A DNA stretch of 64,000 bases from Tubulanus polymorphus (Eukaryota > Animalia > Nemertea), in assembly GCF_964204645.1 (NCBI RefSeq), contig NC_134030.1, forward strand, positions 14,942,110 through 15,006,109, in the 5' to 3' direction. How positions within the stretch are numbered: the stretch's first letter is position 1; each line of letters begins with the position of its first letter. The position numbers were made by a program, and so were the translations under genes. This document shows positions 12,646 through 23,398 of the stretch, in pieces. Under the pieces are notes generated by a model, which was given only the letters and a program-made list of their open reading frames with translations, was not told the origin of the DNA and ran no database searches.

Positions 12646-13068
12646 ATGGCTTCTGCAATTATAACTATTATAGGATCGGCAATTGTTAACGCTTTAGCAT
12701 TTACTGGTGGTGGATATTTATTTAAACATATTGATAAAAATAGTTCATTAGGAGAACAAAGAAGACATAACTTAGCATTAGAGAAATACAATAAAGCAGC
12801 GGAAGAATATAGAGAAAAACGACAAAACTATATGGATTATATTAACAAGGAATTATATGATCAGAAGATTTCACATAGAGATTTTCAATCAGTTGATGAT
12901 GCAATGAGTTTATATAACGCGGTAACAAATAAAGAAAAATTACATCTATACAATCCTAAATTATCAGATTATTATACCCCTAGTAAAGAACAACAGAAAT
13001 ATGAAATAATATGGATTTTCGGTGGAACAGTTATTGTTATATTTGTAGCGTATAAATTTACTAATTAG
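12646..13068 (+). CDS. Membrane protein: N-terminal hydrophobic helix, coiled coil, C-terminal TM (140 aa)
   Basis: MASAIITIIGSAIVNALAFTGGGYLF...IIWIFGGTVIVIFVAY. Confidence 0.75.
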   Translation: MASAIITIIGSAIVNALAFTGGGYLFKHIDKNSSLGEQRRHNLALEKYNKAAEEYREKRQNYMDYINKELYDQKISHRDFQSVDDAMSLYNAVTNKEKLHLYNPKLSDYYTPSKEQQKYEIIWIFGGTVIVIFVAYKFTN

Positions 13069-13088
13069 TAATTTTTTTGGCCAAATAA

Positions 13089-13523
13089 ATGGAAGATAAA
13101 GTTGATAATATTGATATTATTCCTCATGATATAAATAAAACTAAATTAAAAACATATTTAGAAAAACAAATATTAGAATTTGAAAGTGACTTAAAGGTAA
13201 AAAAGAAAAAATATTTAAAAAGTAAAATTATATATTATTTGATTATAAGTGGTTCGGTTACAATTAGTTCTGTAATAACATTTCTAGCAATATTCAGTCC
13301 ATTAACACCTTTAGCTATATCAATTGGTGTATTAGGATTAAGTTCAAGTGTTTTAACCGGTATAAGTTCAAAATTAAATATAAAAAGTAATTAAGAAAAA
13401 ATTAAAACTAATATAAAAGAAATTAATAAATTAACGAATACACTAGATTATATAATAAGTTTAAATGGTCATATAACAGTTGAAGAACAAGATAAATTAT
13501 TAAAAGAATTAGTTAATTATTAA
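13089..13523 (+). pseudogene. Two-TM coiled-coil protein with premature stop at 13392
   Basis: Two hydrophobic helices; the frame stays open past TAA (EKIKTNIKEINK...ELVNY*). Confidence 0.65.
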
Positions 13524-13539
13524 TTTTTTAGTTATATAA

Positions 13540-14928
13540 ATGGCAGATAGTTTTCCAAAAGTTTTCCAATATAATAAATCACTTAAATATAATATTCCTG
13601 CAATAGATTTTAATAAAGATATTACATATAGAAATGAAGTTTTAGATTCATTAACTAATCTAGAAATTTATGTCACTGAAACTAATAATTTTAATGCAAA
13701 GATGGAAAATATATTTCATGTATATTTAATTAATTTTAAGAAATTGAAAGATGAAAAACAATGGTTATTAAAATCTAACATGAAGTGTTGGCAGAACCAA
13801 TTAAATTTTGCTGTTTATTGTGCAACAACAGGATGTGGAATTAGTTGGAATGATCATTTGAATAATTCTAAATATAAATTAATTCAAAGTTTATTTAGAT
13901 TTCATACATACTTTCAAATAAGAATAATATTAAATGAATTAGAGTGCGCTTTACCAGGATCTAGATATTTTAAAGAATTAGATAATAATATTAATTTATC
14001 AAAGTTTTATAAAATTTGTAATGAATTTAATATAGATATAAATAATTCTGATTTTAGAACAAAAATTGGAACAATAAGATCACTTCCTTGCCCTAAAAAG
14101 ATTGCAGAATATTGTGCACTTCCCATACCATCTAATAGTTTTTATAATATCTATAGTAATAAATTAGGTTATGGTAAAATAGAAACTAAGGATTTAGAAA
14201 CATTAAATTTCAATAAATTACCGACATTTTATGATAATTTAAAACAAGAAAACAATAATGGTTGGGTTTATTTTATTTTAGAAAATAGTGAAGGTTTTAC
14301 TAAATCAGGTATAGAAAGAATAAATCAATCAATTAGAACTTATTTGATATGTATTTTAGGTGCGCAAGTTGAAACAAGATCCCCAATAATTGGAAATATG
14401 AATACATCATTCGATACACAAAAACAATTTAAAGTTTTATTTGAAGATTCCATACATAATGATAAAAATAGATCGATTCCAGAAAACATTGTAAGATATC
14501 AAAATTATTTAGATAAATCACATATTAGATTAAATTATTGTATAGGTCCTAATCTATTTATTATTTCTAATGATTTAGTATTAAAGATGGGAAACATAAT
14601 TTGTTATAATAATCTAATTAAAACTGCAACAATAAATAATTCATTTGGATTGAATGATATAAATAAAAAGATTATCACTGCTCCAAAATTAATGGAAGGT
14701 GAAAAAAATAAAAAACACATTCAATCAACAGAAACTAAAACTAATAATATCAAATTAAATAATGATTCTAAAATAAAAGATTACAATACATCAGAAGATA
14801 TTAAAACCGATATTATTCAACATGATATAATTAAACTAAATGATGATAATAAATCCCATGAAAATACTAAATTAGCTATAACTTGTATAGGAATTGTAAT
14901 CGGAGGAATATTATATTTTAAAATTTAA
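13540..14928 (+). CDS. Polinton 462-aa protein of unknown function with C-terminal TM anchor
   Basis: Intact ORF; WQNQLNFAVYCATTGCGIS, FRFHTYFQIR; ends LAITCIGIVIGGILYF. Confidence 0.8.
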   Translation: MADSFPKVFQYNKSLKYNIPAIDFNKDITYRNEVLDSLTNLEIYVTETNNFNAKMENIFHVYLINFKKLKDEKQWLLKSNMKCWQNQLNFAVYCATTGCGISWNDHLNNSKYKLIQSLFRFHTYFQIRIILNELECALPGSRYFKELDNNINLSKFYKICNEFNIDINNSDFRTKIGTIRSLPCPKKIAEYCALPIPSNSFYNIYSNKLGYGKIETKDLETLNFNKLPTFYDNLKQENNNGWVYFILENSEGFTKSGIERINQSIRTYLICILGAQVETRSPIIGNMNTSFDTQKQFKVLFEDSIHNDKNRSIPENIVRYQNYLDKSHIRLNYCIGPNLFIISNDLVLKMGNIICYNNLIKTATINNSFGLNDINKKIITAPKLMEGEKNKKHIQSTETKTNNIKLNNDSKIKDYNTSEDIKTDIIQHDIIKLNDDNKSHENTKLAITCIGIVIGGILYFKI

Positions 14929-14944
14929 TTTTTTTATTATATAA

Positions 14945-15681
14945 ATGGATGTAGAATTTGGAGAAGATATTCCATTGGATCCTTTAGATGAACCTGGTAT
15001 AAGTGATGAACAACAACCTGATTTTAGTGAAACAAGTTTTAATGACGGTAATGAGCCAGAATATAATACTAATTTAGGTGAAGATGATGATTATGATGAT
15101 GATTATGATGGTATGAAAGGAGAAAGTTAGCTTTAGAAAAAGAAATAGATGATTTAAAATATAACAAAGAATTACAGGAAAAAGAAAGAGATACATTATT
15201 AAAATCATATGATCTTAATCATATTAAAAAATTGAAAGTTATTTTTAAAGATTTGTTGATAAAACCAGATTCTAAAATATCATTGAAAGATAGAATAAAG
15301 TTATTATTTAAATTAGAAGGAATAACAATTCTTTCAATTTTAACAGCTGTAACTATGTTATTTACAACAATTGGTTTAGCAATATCAAATGCTTTAAAAT
15401 CTTCGCCTACTCCCAATAAACCGGATAAACCCCCAGATAATAATTCTATACAAGATAAAGTTAAAGATGGTTTAAAGAAATTAGCAAAATATTTATGGGA
15501 ACTATCTAAAAAATCTGCTGCAGCTTTACCAGGAATTATTGCATCAATTGTTGGTTTTATATTGAAATCTGCTGGGAATATTCTTAACTTTGCTGCTGAA
15601 CATATTATTTTATTTTTAATTACAGTTGTAAGTGCTATTATTTTTGGGTTAGTGAACATGATATCAAAAAATATCAAGTAA
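14945..15681 (+). pseudogene. Acidic N-terminus, multi-TM protein (broken into ORFs 14945-15130 and 15232-15681)
   Basis: TAAATG start, acidic tract, then hydrophobic helices. Confidence 0.65.
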
Positions 15682-15721
15682 ACATGATAAAAAATAAATA
15701 ATTAATTTTTTTGTTAAATAA

Positions 15722-16969
15722 ATGAGTGGGAGTTATATAAGTCCTTCTAAGATTTCTAGAATATCTAATGCTATTAAAGCAGAAAGATCACATCATATAA
15801 TTACTCATAACCCTTCTAATATCAATCCCGATGAAACTTTATATGTTAGAATTCCTAGATTAACACAAAATACTTTTTATGTTCCAAATAGTATTTATTT
15901 ATCAGCCGATATAAAAGTAATCGGTAATAATAGTAATTATGTTGTTGATAATGTTGGAAGATATTTGATTAAAAAATTAACTATAAAGATTGGTCCAGAA
16001 ACAGTTTTCTCATTAGATGATTATAATTTATTTATGCATTATAAAGATTTATGGTTAACTAAAGAAAATAGAAATAATATGATATTTCAAGGAATCGAAT
16101 CAGAAAACCAAAATAAATTAAGATCTGAAGCCAATAATGCAGTAGTAACTAATGACGTAGATAATTTGATTAAAAAGATTTATGGAAGCAAATATAAAAT
16201 TCCATTAGACTTTGAATTGATAAATAACAATGCGCCTTTATATAAATACGCAATTCAAGAAGACGTTATATTCGAAATAACATTCGCTCCTGTAAATGAA
16301 ATTGTATTATCTAGCGTTAATAAAGATATGAGTTATAAATTATCGAATATATGTTTAGAATATGATACAGTAACTGATGAAAATATTTCAAGTATAATTC
16401 AAACTCAATACAATCAAGGATTTTCATTATTATATGATTATATTGATAAATTTAAAACCGTAACTATTAATGCAAATTATGAAATAATTAATGAGAATAT
16501 TAACTTCCCAAGAAGATCTATTAAAGGTGTATTAATATTTTTTACCATTGCAACATATACTAATGGCGCAATAAATGTTGATAATTATTATAATCCTGAA
16601 ATAACAAAAGTAGAAATAACTATCGAAGGAATAGCAAATAAAATATTTTGTCAAGGAATGAGAATGATAGATCAATGGCCAGAAATTATAAAACATTTTA
16701 TGAATGAAAAAGTAAAATCATTTGAAAATTGTAATATTAATCAAATTGATTATTATACCGGTAATAAATATGCATTATGGTTAGATTTTAGAACAACAGA
16801 GGATAATTCATTACATGGTTCTGGAAAAAAATTACAAAATACAAAAGATGGAATACAATTATTCATGACAAAGAAAAGAGGAGACAAAAATTTCAAAATG
16901 CACATTTATATTATATCTGACGCGCAATTAAATATTGTAAATTCTCAATTAAATAGTGTTATGTATTAA
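15722..16969 (+). CDS. Major capsid protein (double jelly-roll, inferred)
   Basis: Intact 415-aa beta-rich ORF; THNPSNI..LYVRIP..VVDNVGRYLIKKL..YKDLWL..NICLEYD..LWLDFRT..LHGSG; position and size fit a Polinton MCP. Confidence 0.8.
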   Translation: MSGSYISPSKISRISNAIKAERSHHIITHNPSNINPDETLYVRIPRLTQNTFYVPNSIYLSADIKVIGNNSNYVVDNVGRYLIKKLTIKIGPETVFSLDDYNLFMHYKDLWLTKENRNNMIFQGIESENQNKLRSEANNAVVTNDVDNLIKKIYGSKYKIPLDFELINNNAPLYKYAIQEDVIFEITFAPVNEIVLSSVNKDMSYKLSNICLEYDTVTDENISSIIQTQYNQGFSLLYDYIDKFKTVTINANYEIINENINFPRRSIKGVLIFFTIATYTNGAINVDNYYNPEITKVEITIEGIANKIFCQGMRMIDQWPEIIKHFMNEKVKSFENCNINQIDYYTGNKYALWLDFRTTEDNSLHGSGKKLQNTKDGIQLFMTKKRGDKNFKMHIYIISDAQLNIVNSQLNSVMY

Positions 16970-17001
16970 AACTTTAACTTTAATAAATATTTATTATATA
17001 A

Positions 17002-17823
17002 ATGGAAGGAGGTAAAGTATATAAACATATTCCATACATCGATACACATGAAAATAATGATGGTTTTTATTATGTAATACCTTGTAATATAGCTTTGATA
17101 TTTGATCCTATTTTCAAAATTTATAAAACTAAACTAATAGAAATCGATAATAATAAAAGTGAAGTTGTTGATAATTTAAGTAATGTAATTGATAATAATG
17201 TAATGCCTACTACAGTAATACCTACTACATCTAATAATGTAATACCTTCTACATCTAATAATGCAATAATATTAAATGTTAGTGAAAATAGAAATTATTG
17301 TGATTATTGTAAAGATGAATATTCAAACGCTCCATCAAATTGGAATAAACATATGAATACAAATTCACATATTACTAATGTTATAGAACGTGTTCGTTTA
17401 AAAGAATTTATAGAACACCCATTTAGATATGTTACAAAATTTGTTTCAAATAAAAAAGTAAATGGTAAAGAATTATATGAAGATTTTTTATTAGCAACAC
17501 CTAATAAAGATGAATTAGATTTAACTGATGCTAATGAAATATTAGGATCAAACACTGTAAATGAAATATTAGGAGCAAACACTAATAAAGATTCTATGAA
17601 ACATAAAGTAGAAAATAATGATAAATTTGATTGGATGAATAAGCATAACAATGAAACAACTATTGATGATTCGGTAAAAAAGGTGAAAAATAAGTATAAA
17701 AATAATAGAGAATTTGAAGAAGAAAATTCGGTAGAGAATTTGAGAAAATTGTTAGGGTCTGATAATGAATTGGAGAGTGATGATGAAAGTGATTCAGAAA
17801 GTAATTATCTAACAATCAAATAA
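17002..17823 (+). CDS. Hypothetical protein with C2H2 zinc finger and acidic tail (273 aa)
   Basis: CDYC..WNKHMNTNSH; TAAATG start. Confidence 0.7.
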   Translation: MEGGKVYKHIPYIDTHENNDGFYYVIPCNIALIFDPIFKIYKTKLIEIDNNKSEVVDNLSNVIDNNVMPTTVIPTTSNNVIPSTSNNAIILNVSENRNYCDYCKDEYSNAPSNWNKHMNTNSHITNVIERVRLKEFIEHPFRYVTKFVSNKKVNGKELYEDFLLATPNKDELDLTDANEILGSNTVNEILGANTNKDSMKHKVENNDKFDWMNKHNNETTIDDSVKKVKNKYKNNREFEEENSVENLRKLLGSDNELESDDESDSESNYLTIK

Positions 17824-18189
17824 TAATAAAGGTTGAAAATTGTATAAAATAATAGTAAATAAAAAAGGGGGTTTTAAGTATTAAGGTATCTAATACATAT
17901 ATAATACGTATTTAATACATATCTAATACATATCTAATACATATTATTTGAAAATACCTTAAATTATATTTCTTTTTTAAATTTATGTTGAAACCTCAGT
18001 AATAATAAATAACCTTTATTATTTTCAAACTTATTCATATATTAGTTGAAATAATAAAAATAAATTGGTTGAAAATTGTATAAATAATATTTATTTTAAA
18101 AAAGGGGGTTTTAAGTATTTAAGGTATCTAATAGGGTATCAGGTATTGGGGTATCTAATAGGGTATCTAATACATAGGTATATAAATAG

Positions 18190-18801
18190 TTATTTCATAA
18201 ATTTATATTCATATGGAAATTGTAATCTCAGTAATAATTTTGAACCTTTATTATTCTTTAATTAATTCATATATTCATCATATAATTCAGTAGGTATAAT
18301 TTGATTTTCTTCCAATGATTGTTGCATAGATTTTCTATCTTTATTGTAGAATAAAACTAGAAATCTTATATTCTCCCTAAAGTCTTTAACAATTGCATTA
18401 TATTTTTGATTTAAAACCCATGTTGTTATCCCAAAATGTCTTCCAGAGAAAGCTAAATAACATAACTCACTTTCTCTCACTTTTGATTCATGTAAATTTG
18501 CGCAATCATCTATAATGAATAATGTATTTGATCCTTTATAAGTATCAATTGCTATTTTAATACAATTATCTAAATTTTCTTTTACTGTTTTAGGATCTAA
18601 TATAATAAACTTTTTCATCTTAACTATATCTCTATTATATGTTTTATTCATTTCATAAGTAGGACAGAATAATATTATATTATCAAAATGATTCTTATAA
18701 ATAGTTTCTAACAAGTCTAATATGAAATGTGTTTTACCACAGTTTGTTACTCCAGTAACTAACATGTTATGAGGATCAAATATAAATAAATCTTTATTCA
18801 T
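18190..18801 (-). pseudogene. A32/FtsK-like packaging ATPase with nonsense codon at 18262
   Basis: Walker A GVTNCGKT, Walker B FIIDD, GRH motif; the frame continues about 23 codons past TAA. Confidence 0.9.
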
Positions 18802-19890
18802 TTATTCTTTTAATTTTACTAGATAAAATCCATTCATTAAATTTATCATCGTATCCTTTATATTTCACCAAAGAATACTTTTTTCCTTTAAGAGTTTTGT
18901 TTTCAATACTTTTTCTATTTTGTATTCTATTTCATCTGGATTTGGTACAAGTGATAATTCGTGTTCATAGAAATAACCTAATATTTCTTCATCTTTTAGA
19001 TCTTCTAATTTATAAACAAATGGTTTAGTTAATATTATCTTTTTAATCTTAAATATTTCTTCAGTAAAATTTGGAGTATAACCTTTATAAAATGTTTTTC
19101 TATATTTAGATATTCTTACGTGTTGTCCTATTTTAAATTTAGGTTCACCGAAATCATGTGTAACAAACGCTCCATATAAATTATTCCAAACTATTTCCGA
19201 ATTATCTTCTTTTCTAGCTTGTATAGGTTTTATATTTATAGAACTATGTTTAGAATTATTATAACCTTTCACTAAATCATCTTACATATTTATAGACTCA
19301 TCGATATATTTATATGTTTCATTAGCAGTAAAATATTTCCACATTCTAGTTTTCAATGTTTTATTAAATCTTTCTATAATAGATGCTTTTTTATCTGAGT
19401 GTGTTGAAAAATAATCTACATCGTTATCAGATAATAGTTTTTTGAAATGTTTGTTATAGAATTCCTTACCTTCATCAAATTGTATCTTATCTGGAATAGC
19501 TTCTTTAAATATAGATTTAAAAGCATTTGTCACTTCTATACCAGTTTTATTTTTGATTGGAATTGACCATGCGTATTGACTGAATATGTCTATAACATTC
19601 AGTATCCAGAAATATCCTTTGTTGTATTCCTCTAAGTTCTTCATGTCAATTAAATCTGCTTGCCATTGTTGATCGATATATGAAACCATAACTTTTCTTG
19701 TTAAATAAGTTTTATCCATTTTCTTGTGGATTTGATATGTTGGTTGATTTTGTAACCATGATTTTAATTCGCTATATTTTATACCACCATTATCAGATTT
19801 AATTTTATTCCATAATTCTGAAACGGTAGAATATGATACTTCACTTTCTGGGTTATAATATAAATCTCTTAAATATTATTCTTTTTTCAT
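18798..19890 (-). pseudogene. Retroviral-like (rve) integrase with C-terminal chromodomain, disrupted
   Basis: LYYNP, QADLID, QFDEGKEF, IERFNKTLK, YNNSKHSSI, FKIGQHVRISK, YKIEKVLK..LVKYKGY..FNEW. Confidence 0.92.
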
Positions 19891-20379
19891 CTTATTTTAA
19901 TCCATTAATAATAATTTAGATTTAGTTTCAATGGTTTTATGATTTGACTTATTTTCTGGTATAATAGGTTTATTGTCTGTACACGGATAACTAAGTTTCC
20001 GATTTTCATTGGAATCATCTTTATCATCAGATTTGAATTTTGATTTATATATTACACCGGATAATATAATAACTGTGATTAACCCAATTGTAATATATAA
20101 TTTATAATTACTTCCAGCATTAGAAGAATCAGATGGATTATCATTCGAATCAATATCAGATAATTTCTGTGATTCATTTTTATCAGTTTATTTCTTTTTC
20201 TTAGCTTTTTTTAATTCTAAAGATCTTTTACCTAATTCTCTTGCCCATTTAATTTGTTTCTCTATATCAGTTAATTTCTTTTTCTTAGCTTTTTTTAATT
20301 CTGAAGATCTTTTACCTAATTCTCTTGCCCATTTAATTTGTTTCTCAGATCTAGCCTTTTTCTTAACTCCATCACTCAT
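19890..20379 (-). pseudogene. Basic repeat protein with downstream TM segment (frameshifted)
   Basis: Duplicated EKQIKWARELGKRS.ELKKAKKK unit; IYITIGLITVIILSGVIY in an adjacent frame. Confidence 0.55.
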
Positions 20380-20966
20380 TTATTTTAGTTAATTTTTGTT
20401 CTGATTCATTTTCTGTTTCGACGTTTGGTTGTAGTACATCTGTTTCGTTCTTACCTGATTTATATTCCATAGGTTTGATGTTCGAAAATGTTATGACACC
20501 AGTAGAAATTAATGTCATAACCGATCCTAATTGAAATGAAGCATAACCAACCCATTTTTGTAATTCAGTCATAACTAAGTAGTCATTTTTCAAATCACTA
20601 TATAATTTATTTTCATCATCAATTGGTATTAACTGGTTACATAACTTAGAATAACATTTGACAATACCATCACTTATAGAGTCGTTTATTCTAGCTAATC
20701 TTGACTCTTCATAAATCTTAAAATATTTTATTACTTTATCTGGTTTCATAGAGTCTAGTTCTTGAAAAGTAATGATTCTATTTAAAAACTCATTAACCGG
20801 CAATCAATAGTTCTATATGGTGCTTACAATATAAATAGTATTCATAATCTATATTGTTATTAACTTGAATAAAATTAGAAACAACTGTATCTTTATTATC
20901 ACTAATACCTAAATCATCTAATGTCTTTTCAATATCAATACTATTCTTACTCGATTTCTTTGACAT
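20372..20966 (-). pseudogene. Hypothetical protein with C-terminal hydrophobic segment (frameshifted 5' part)
   Basis: ORF 20372-20803 plus an upstream TAAATG start at 20966. Confidence 0.6.
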
Positions 20967-22016
20967 TTATATTAGAGAAATTTAATAAGAAAAATATTAT
21001 AAGTATTATAAAATGATACTAGCTAGTTAAAACTAAAGAATTCTAGTATTGACTACTGATACTAGCTATTTGAGTTTAAAGAATTTCTATTCGGATCTAT
21101 TCAAAATATAAAGTATTCTCTTTTGAAAAGAAAGTATTAGAAATATAATAGAATTCACTAACTAGTTGAAGTTATTGTTTTTTAAATACTTTTTATTTAA
21201 ATTAGGATTTAGATTATCTAACTACTATTGTCTATCTATTAGGAGCAGTAATTATAACTGTCCAGATAAGTCATTTCGGATTCTCGATAATAAATCCTAA
21301 AACTGAAAATAAATTCAAAGAAACGACTGTTGGAAATACTATTTCATAAACACACGTATATTTTATTCTACAATCATTATCGATTTCCACATTCCAAGCC
21401 GCTCCAGAGAGGAGCGGTAAGGTATGCGTGGAATGCAGGAATCAATAAAATACAATACAACATCTGTCACTGTGCGACATTAACAACAGCTTAATGACGC
21501 AATTGACATTCCGACAAACGTAATGCATTGAAAGCCTATACAGTATGGCTAAACTGCTACAGTCTCATGAGTTGAAATATCCATTATTTCTGATTCCACA
21601 TCCATCGATCTTCACTTTCTTGATTCAATAGTCTTCATTTAGTTATCTAAAAGATAAATATCTAGCGTAGAATAAAACTAACTTGAAGTTGTAGTTGTAA
21701 AATATTAATTACAACACTTAAACATGACCATTTTGTGGCGCATCTTACCAGGATAAGTTTTACATGTTTAGCGTTTTCCAACGCCTTAATAACAACAAAA
21801 ACAGTACTTACATTTATAACTGTAAACTCCTAAAATTGTGTTTATAGAGAGAATATCCTATACGTTTCTATGCTTATGTGCTGCGCGTTTATAACTGCCA
21901 GTTATTCACTAGCTAAACACTGTCTGGTGCAACAGATGTTCCTTTGTTTTTTTATGATTAATCCTTTTCAACTGAAATAGCACAATCGATCAATATTCAA
22001 ATGAGGTGCGCCCCAT

Positions 22017-22775
22017 TCAACTGAATATGAAATACGGCACAGATGTTTTTGTAAACAACCTAATACAATTACATACAGGCGGTTTGACATAGATCGAGAG
22101 AAACCGGTTTTCTAAGCGTTTAACATCAACGTATTTTTCATTATGTGTTGAGTTCCATAATTCAACAAATGTCTTTGCTTTATCCAGTTGATCTAAATAT
22201 AACTGTAAATCTAGTTTATTAGATTTAATTATGTTTTCCTTCTTTTCTAAAGGCCTTAAATTTCTCCAACCCCAAATAAGTTTTTTTTTGTATTCATCAT
22301 TCATGTTAAATTTAGAAATCGGCAACACGTGATCAATATGAAAGTATTCACCATAATCATCTATATTCATTTTATCATCGAATTGATATATTATCCATGA
22401 TTTTAAGAATTCATCTGTACAACCCAATAAATAAGATAGTGTTTCTGAATGTGTTTCTTTGTTGAATAATTGTGTTAATCTAGATCTTAAGCATTGTTTC
22501 AATCTAAAATTAATATCTGTTTGATATCTTTCTCTCATATATTCTGTCATATAATCATTATAAGCTTCTCTATTATCCTCTCGGTATTGTTTGGTATATA
22601 GTTTAAAACAAGTTTTACAGCAATATTGAAAACCATCTTTGCTAATCTTACGCTTACTAAATTCTGTTAAAGCTAATTTATCTAATTCACATTTAGAACA
22701 CTTCTTGCAATATATATTTATAACACCAGCAGTGTTATTTGTAATATTGATAATTTGTGGTTGTTCTGGTTCCAT
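22017..22775 (-). CDS. HNH endonuclease with N-terminal zinc finger, large-DNA-virus type
   Basis: CSKC..F.K...DG...CKTC; LLGCT; FHIDHVLP..NLRPL...EN..KSNK. Confidence 0.8.
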   Translation of the reverse strand: MEPEQPQIINITNNTAGVINIYCKKCSKCELDKLALTEFSKRKISKDGFQYCCKTCFKLYTKQYREDNREAYNDYMTEYMRERYQTDINFRLKQCLRSRLTQLFNKETHSETLSYLLGCTDEFLKSWIIYQFDDKMNIDDYGEYFHIDHVLPISKFNMNDEYKKKLIWGWRNLRPLEKKENIIKSNKLDLQLYLDQLDKAKTFVELWNSTHNEKYVDVKRLENRFLSIYVKPPVCNCIRLFTKTSVPYFIFS

Positions 22776-22852
22776 TTATTATATGTATTTTTTACTAAAT
22801 TGGTTAATATTTTAGAATCCTCTTCCATTTCTTCGACCAACGTCATCCTTTT

Positions 22853-23104
22853 TCATTCCTCGCTGCTTTTGATAAGTTGTTTCGATTCCTTGATATCAAA
22901 TTCCTCAACGTATTGTTCATTATTTGGATCATTATTCCATAATTCAATAAATTTCTTTGCCTTTGTTAACTGTTCTGAATATAACTGTAAATATTCTAGT
23001 TTCAATTTATTCTCTAAATGTGTTTTAGTTTTATTGTGTCTTGATTTTTGGGATTTATCTATATTGATATTACATGTTGGACAGTAGTACTTATTTGCTT
23101 CCAT
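22853..23104 (-). CDS. Chimeric 83-aa ORF: pPolB N-terminal zinc finger joined to an HNH-like tail
   Basis: First 38 aa identical to ORF 6842; the tail resembles the C-terminus of ORF 22017-22775. Confidence 0.55.
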   Translation of the reverse strand: MEANKYYCPTCNINIDKSQKSRHNKTKTHLENKLKLEYLQLYSEQLTKAKKFIELWNNDPNNEQYVEEFDIKESKQLIKSSEE

Positions 23105-23398
23105 TTTAATACTAAATTTTTTTATTAAAATTGATTTTAGAAGTTCAATGATTTATATCATGCATTATTTCAATCACACTTTACTAACACTTTTAATGTT
23201 TAAAAATCTAACTCTATATATATATATGAATATTTTAAGAGTAATAGGGGTAATGGGCTTTCATATCAAAGGTTGAAGGGGCGAGTGAGTAAAAAATGAA
23301 AATAATAATAATTTACAGTTGAATTAGGAGTGTGCGCGACTAATTCAACTGTAAATTATTATTATTTTAATTTTTTACGAGCTCGACCGTTCGACCTT
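22990..23398 (-). repeat. Right TIR of element B (terminal ~29 bp and an internal ~78 bp missing)
   Basis: Near-exact inverted copy of the left TIR, including the hairpin from 23240. Confidence 0.9.

Larger units (their letters stand above)
6444..23398. mobile_element. Polinton/Maverick (adintovirus-like) endogenous virus, element B, ~17 kb, mildly decayed
   Basis: TIRs starting AGTAAT; pPolB, integrase, ATPase, MCP and penton genes; very AT-rich compared with the flanks; last ~29 bp of the right end deleted together with BEL sequence. Confidence 0.95.

Noticed and set aside
6444-23398. Giant-virus or poxvirus fragment, or contamination
   Set aside because: pPolB, rve integrase and TIRs define a Polinton, and it is joined to BEL sequence on both sides
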